Positions 59,343 through 64,000 of a stretch of DNA of 64,000 bases are shown piece after piece. The stretch's first letter is position 1; each line of letters opens with the position of its first letter. This DNA comes from Flaccisagitta enflata. Its lineage: Eukaryota. The notes under the pieces are model-generated. The model was given only the letters and a program-made list of their open reading frames with translations. It searched no databases and was not told the origin of the DNA. Location of the stretch: the NCBI GenBank assembly GCA_965153355.1, contig OZ231126.1, positions 29,884,001 to 29,948,000 of the forward strand. The letters run 5' to 3'. Both the position numbers and the translations under genes were made by a program.

Positions 59343-61045
59343 ATTTATCATCATAAAAGGAATAACTGCATGAAAAGATCGTCGTCATATTTTGTGAATT
59401 TGACTGATGTCGTTCGAGAATGTGCGAAATCGAGTTGGTTTATGAATTATGCAGGTCGTCATGTGGATAAGGATTGCCTTTGTCCAAATCGATATTATGT
59501 CGTCATCCTTCACTTGACTTCCTTTGCCAAAAACCGAAGATTACCGTTTGTCTTGTACCAGGGCCATTGCATCAGCATGAGGTAAGGGGGAATTGTACAG
59601 GGTGATTATTGTCAAATGCAAAAAAGTTTAAAGCTTATACCCTTTGATGCTTCATCTTTATGACCTGGAATTATTTTTATCTTATACTACTATGCTTGAC
59701 ATTTTTTGTATCAAAACTTCATTGGTCTGAGTTGTTTAGTTTGTTCATAACATCAGTATTGCTCTGATGTTAAAATGACTTAAACCACAGCAGCAATTTT
59801 TGTCTCAAATGAAAGAAAGACAAATTATCTTCCATATGAGACCAATCTGGCATCTATAGCTCAAGTCGTCTTCAAATGAGAGCAAATCAAAGAAAAACTT
59901 CCACAATTAAAGAAGCTGAAAATGAGTTTTTAGTCGCGTGCTACGCGACTCTACAACCCGCTTTGTCTGTCCGTCCGTCCGTCTGTCCGTCCGTCGGTCC
60001 GTCCGTCCGTCACACTTTACTTTTTTTTGGTTTTTTGGGTCTTTGGCCTTACTGCACCTGCCCAAATGATAGAGTGGCCTCAAATATGGCCCCTGCCTAC
60101 CCGCACGCGACTTCGGTAGCCGTGTATCCGGCCTTGTTTCTAAAAATGCCTCTTTTACTTCAATATGATGTTGTGGACAAATTATCCAACTCAGACCCAT
60201 AAAATTTTGACACAAAAACATCAAACATTGTGCTTTAAGAGGAATGTGATTCCAAATCATGAAAATAAAGCATTTAGGAGTAAAAGCTTGATAGTTTTTT
60301 GCATTTGACAATTATCACCCTGTAAGTACCCAAGGCTTTTAGTACCCAAAAATGGGAAAAGGGGTTTTCGCATTGGGCAATTTATCTAGATAATGTCCAT
60401 AAATTTCACGAGGAACATCTCTTTGCCAATGCAAAAACCTCTTTGGTCATCCAAAATCTATATGGTCTTTCTCTCTCACTGAACCTGGATCATTTCGTTG
60501 AGTAAGAGGAGATTCAAAAATGATGATTTTGGTGATTCAAAAATGATAATGATGATTATGACAATTAAAAGATAATATGGAACATGAACACACACGCACA
60601 TATACACACATGTACACACAGACACAGACAGAAAGAGACAAGGCCTGATAGCTACCACTGTGTGGCTGATTTGAGCGGTTTTAGGTGGTCGAGGTGGCTT
60701 GGTAGAAACATTCCTTTTCGTTGCTTGATAACTACCACTCAGAGTGGCACTGTGACATACAAGTTCACTCCATGAACACAATTATGATAATAATTGAATC
60801 TTGTTAAGTTGTTATAAAATAACAAAATTGAAAAAGAAACTGAACGTTCCCTTGTCAGAATCGCGGTTGAAATGTCTCACGCCGCAGCAGCACAGATGGC
60901 GATAAATGAAAGAAAAAAGCCTCCCGGGGTGCCACGCATGGGAAAAAGGAAGGAACAAGGCCAAGAGATGTCCTATGCCATAAATGCGACCTTACGAGAT
61001 ACAAGATATTCTGATGAGATCAAAGATGAAGAATTTGAAGATTAA
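59343..61045 (+). CDS. 3' exons of an unidentified gene: about 59343-59581 (may contain a 63-nt intron), 60343-60501, 60859-61045
   Basis: Donors ag|gtaagg (59581) and ga|gtaaga (60501) and acceptors ttttag|, ttgtcag| all join in phase 2 into ...GHCISMSTQKWEKGFSHWAIYLDNVHKFHEEHLFANAKTSLVIQNLYGLSLSLNLDHFVEIAVEMSHAAAAQ...EEFED*. Upstream exons unresolved; no family recognised. Confidence 0.55.
59598..60322. mobile_element. MITE, Tc1/mariner-like, with a nested HINE-like repeat
   Basis: TIR CAGGGTGAT.ATTGTCAAATGCAAAAAA, TA flanks. Confidence 0.85.
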
Positions 61046-61346
61046 AGAAATCAAGAAAAAATTGCGTCGAGAATGCCTTCACCTATTGTCTAATTGCCTA
61101 TTTACAGACCTACTAACTTGCCCCACAAAAACACATCTCAAGGTACCGACACAAACCAATTGTAATACTCGGATATTTGTTTTTGCCGTTTATTAATATG
61201 AAGAGCCCTTAATTACGTATCCGTCAAGGGCGGATTTCCGTTGGGTCTGTTTCAGCAAGGAGATTAGATTTAAACATTCGAGGACACATTTAGAGAGGCC
61301 TCGTGGTTTGTCACGCATGGGAAGAAGCGGAGAAAAGCACCACGGG

Positions 61347-61966
61347 CACTGCTTTCTGACAGAAGATTTGTGACAAGAATGATATCACTCCGGGTTTTTC
61401 TGCATTTTTGTGTAGGTCATGGGCATACAAATCAAGAACAATCCAGTTGAAAATCATCCCTAGAGCGCATTTTGAAAAAAAAGTCAAAAATTTATAATCT
61501 TAAGCTTCATTTTGCACAAAGAATTTTACAATTTGGTCTGAATCTTTTTTTAACAGCATATTCTTGATCCTGATGAAATTCCCTTTAATTTGATAGGTCG
61601 CACTATATGGTTTTGATGAGAAATTTAATTCTCACATTTTAGGCCACCGCTGTAATTTTTGTAACGGTGGCTTAAAAAATGAAAATGTTATTTCTTATTG
61701 AAACCATATAGTGCGACCTACCAAATGAAAGGGAATTAGATCAGGATTGTCAATCTGCTGTCAAAAAATTAGTCAGACCAATTTGCAAAGTTATCCATGT
61801 ATAATGAAGCTTAAGATTAAAGATTTTTGACTTTTTTTCAAAATGCGCCCTAGGGATGATTTTCCAATTAATAGTTCTTGATTTGTATGCCTATAACCTA
61901 CACAAAAATGCAGAAAAACCCGGAGTGATATTATTCTTGTCACAAATCTTCTCTCAGAAAGCAGTG
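61347..61966. mobile_element. CACTG-ended CMC/EnSpm-like hairpin MITE
   Basis: Long TIR CACTGCTTTCTGA.AGAAGATTTGTGACAAGAAT; GGG on both sides (2-3-bp TSD). Confidence 0.85.
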
Positions 61967-62244
61967 GGGTGAGGGCGTGCTTCTAGTGACCGCCAAAAAC
62001 GCGTTTGTTCCCATTGAACGCATTTACAGCGTGAACACATATTTACAAATTTCACTGTCCCACATGGGAGTGAGCGAAGTGAGTGAGCTAGCCTGTGAAT
62101 GGAGTGAGCAAGTGAAGTGAGCGCTGCGCGCTGCGGAGCGAGTAAGCAGAGTGAGCGGTGCGAGCGAACAAACGTAGCGAGCGACCGAGTTGCCCGTTTA
62201 AAATGTGATTGTTTCTGACTAGAAACGCCCCCTGAATATATCTC

Positions 62245-62592
62245 AAATTGAATGCGTTCTCTTCCTGACATCTGCAGGTGTTCAACTATTGTCACATTAA
62301 GTGGGAATTGTCACAATGTGAATGTTTTCTCTTCCTGACAACTGCAGGTGTTCAACTATTGTCACATTAAATGGGAATTGTCACAATTTGAATGCGTTCT
62401 CTTCCTGACATCTGCAGGTGTTCAACTATTGTCATATTAAGTGAGAATTGTCACAAGATGAATGCGTTCTCTTCCTGACATCTGCAGGTGTTCAACTATT
62501 GTCACGTTAAGTGGGAATTGTCACAAGTTGAATGCGTTCTCTTCCTGACATCTGCAGGTGTTCAACTATTGTCACGTTAAGTGGGAATTGCC
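62245..62592. repeat. Minisatellite, 5 units of about 70 bp
   Basis: Repeated gaatgcgttctcttcctgacatctgcaggtgttcaactattgtcacrttaagtgggaattgtcacaa. Confidence 0.92.
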
Positions 62593-62983
62593 ACGAGATG
62601 ATGCGATCATGGCCAACGGTTGAATTTGATAGAGATTGGAGGGGAGCTGGTAGAGCGGGTTATGGGCAGAGGCATGGGAAATGAGGCGAAGGGTTTTTTG
62701 ACTTAATCACTAATCAGGGAGGTGAGTGGGCTGGTTAGTTTAAATTCTTTTTGAATGCGTCCTCACATGCCTTTAAGAGGGTCTGTCCATCAGTCCGACG
62801 GTCCGTCGGTACGTCCGACCATTGTTATCTCGGTCCGTTACGCCTCTTCATGCTTGTTAGTTGTTAATGTTTAATCAACTGTGGGTAGCGGCGAAAGGGG
62901 GAGTGGAAGTTTTTTGATTGTAGGGGTGCGGGATGCCAAGACAGGATTTGCTATTGGTGGTATCTCTGACAAAGATTGATGAC

Positions 62984-63291
62984 CTCGTTTGTCTTTTTCT
63001 TCACAGGAAGCACTTCACAAATGCTAATTTTGGGTAATCTTTTTGCCTGTTTAGAAACCAATATTTTTTGCTTTCTTCATTCTGATCAATTACTCATAAA
63101 CGGTTTAAACAAACTATAAAAAATCGGAGACCAAATTAAAGCTCCTCAAATTTCCAAGCCAGCTGTGCAATCTGCGTTTCTCTTACTTCATTGGTTTAGA
63201 AGCTATTTAGCTTTAAATGAAAGGCTTGCTTTTGAAGGTTTCTCAGCTTGACTTCATTATCCTTTTTGATTCAACAACAAAATGAGCTGCG

Positions 63292-63325
<34 letters not shown>

Positions 63326-63463
63326 AAGAAAAAAGAAAAAAGAAAAAAAAAGAGGTACAGGTGATCGGACAGACAGACAATCTTTAGAACAGAATTTGTC
63401 CAGGCAGATTTTCTTCTCCTGACTCCCTCCGCGGCTGCTGTCGACTTTTTTTCGCTTTGCCAT
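62984..63463 (-). CDS. Tentative first two exons of an unknown gene (63463-63359, 63046-62984)
   Basis: MAKRKKVDSSRGGSQEKKICLDKFCSKDCLSVRSP|AKRLPKISICEVLPVKKKTNE with phase-0 GT-AG joins and a basic NLS-like start. Downstream exons not resolved. Confidence 0.3.
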
Positions 63464-64000
63464 ACAAATCCGTGTAAACGATTGCTTTGTGGAGTTGTGA
63501 ACTAGTCGTTGACTGATGAGCAAAGACCATGGAAAGTAAACAAACCATGGTAAACAAAAACGGTTCAGTGAGTAGGTTTTCTTGTCGTTTTTTTTCTCTA
63601 TTGATTCATTGCTTTAAGGCGCCTATCCAAGGTCAGACATCCGGCATAAGCAGAGAGCTCGCATATAAAGATAATTTAGCACTTCTCGCATAATCAAACG
63701 GACATTCTCGTTTTCTTCAACCGACTGTAATTCAAATTTGTAAGAATAATCCAGTTAAGTTGTCATTTTGAACGGGGATGTCGCATGTATGAAATAACAT
63801 CAGCGTAAAATTTCAGTAAAATCGGATTATTTTTAAGTGAATTTTAAAGCCGTCTTACGTTTAATAGTTTGTCCGTTTGATTAAAGGTGAGAAATGTTAG
63901 ACAGATGGACAAGATATTGACTTATTTAGTCACGTGAAAGTGACTGATAAAGCCAAATGGGGAAAGGCGAAGTTCTTAGAAGGCATCGGCAGGAATGAAC

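Noticed and set aside
60350-60485. Minus-strand frame with an in-frame TGA (possible selenoprotein)
   Set aside because: The plus strand gives an open, phase-consistent exon at the same place, and no SECIS was seen.
60918-61335. Neuropeptide-like motifs PRMGKR and SRMGR (possible RMamide precursor)
   Set aside because: No signal peptide found, the two motifs are separated by a stop codon, and they may simply reflect a short local duplication (cacgcatgggaa).
62245-62592. Second CRISPR-like array
   Set aside because: Near-identical ~70-bp tandem units without variable spacers.
63513-63545. Second hammerhead (CTGATGA...GAAA)
   Set aside because: No convincing stem I or stem II pairing.

Overview
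AT-rich, repeat-dense eukaryotic DNA, probably from an invertebrate animal (spliceosomal introns, microsatellites, many MITEs; no operons, rRNA, tRNA or CRISPR seen). Most entries in the ORF track are microsatellite or repeat artefacts. Genes reconstructed by hand: (1) a 6-exon ankyrin-repeat gene (+, 4737-20488, 321 aa) whose 12-kb second intron is filled with insertions, including a 5.85-kb Academ-like foldback; (2) a near full-length Penelope-like retroelement (RT + GIY-YIG, 14-bp flanking direct repeat, minimal hammerhead ribozyme). Its endonuclease is split by a CACAGTG-ended MITE that could be spliced out in frame like an Introner; (3) an XK-related (scramblase family) membrane protein ORF with a very long poly-Asn tract (38837/38873-40624); (4) a 3-coding-exon, 69-aa secreted prepropeptide with an 8-Cys defensin/scorpion-toxin-like mature region (42281-44679), which the ORF track does not recover; (5) the 3' exons of an unknown + strand gene (about 59343-61045) and a tentative - strand gene start near 63463. 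The rest is a nested mosaic of hairpin MITEs, DINE-1/HINE-like short repeats, an unclassified IR-plus-tail family and minisatellites. All models and alignments were made by eye and have no transcript or database support.
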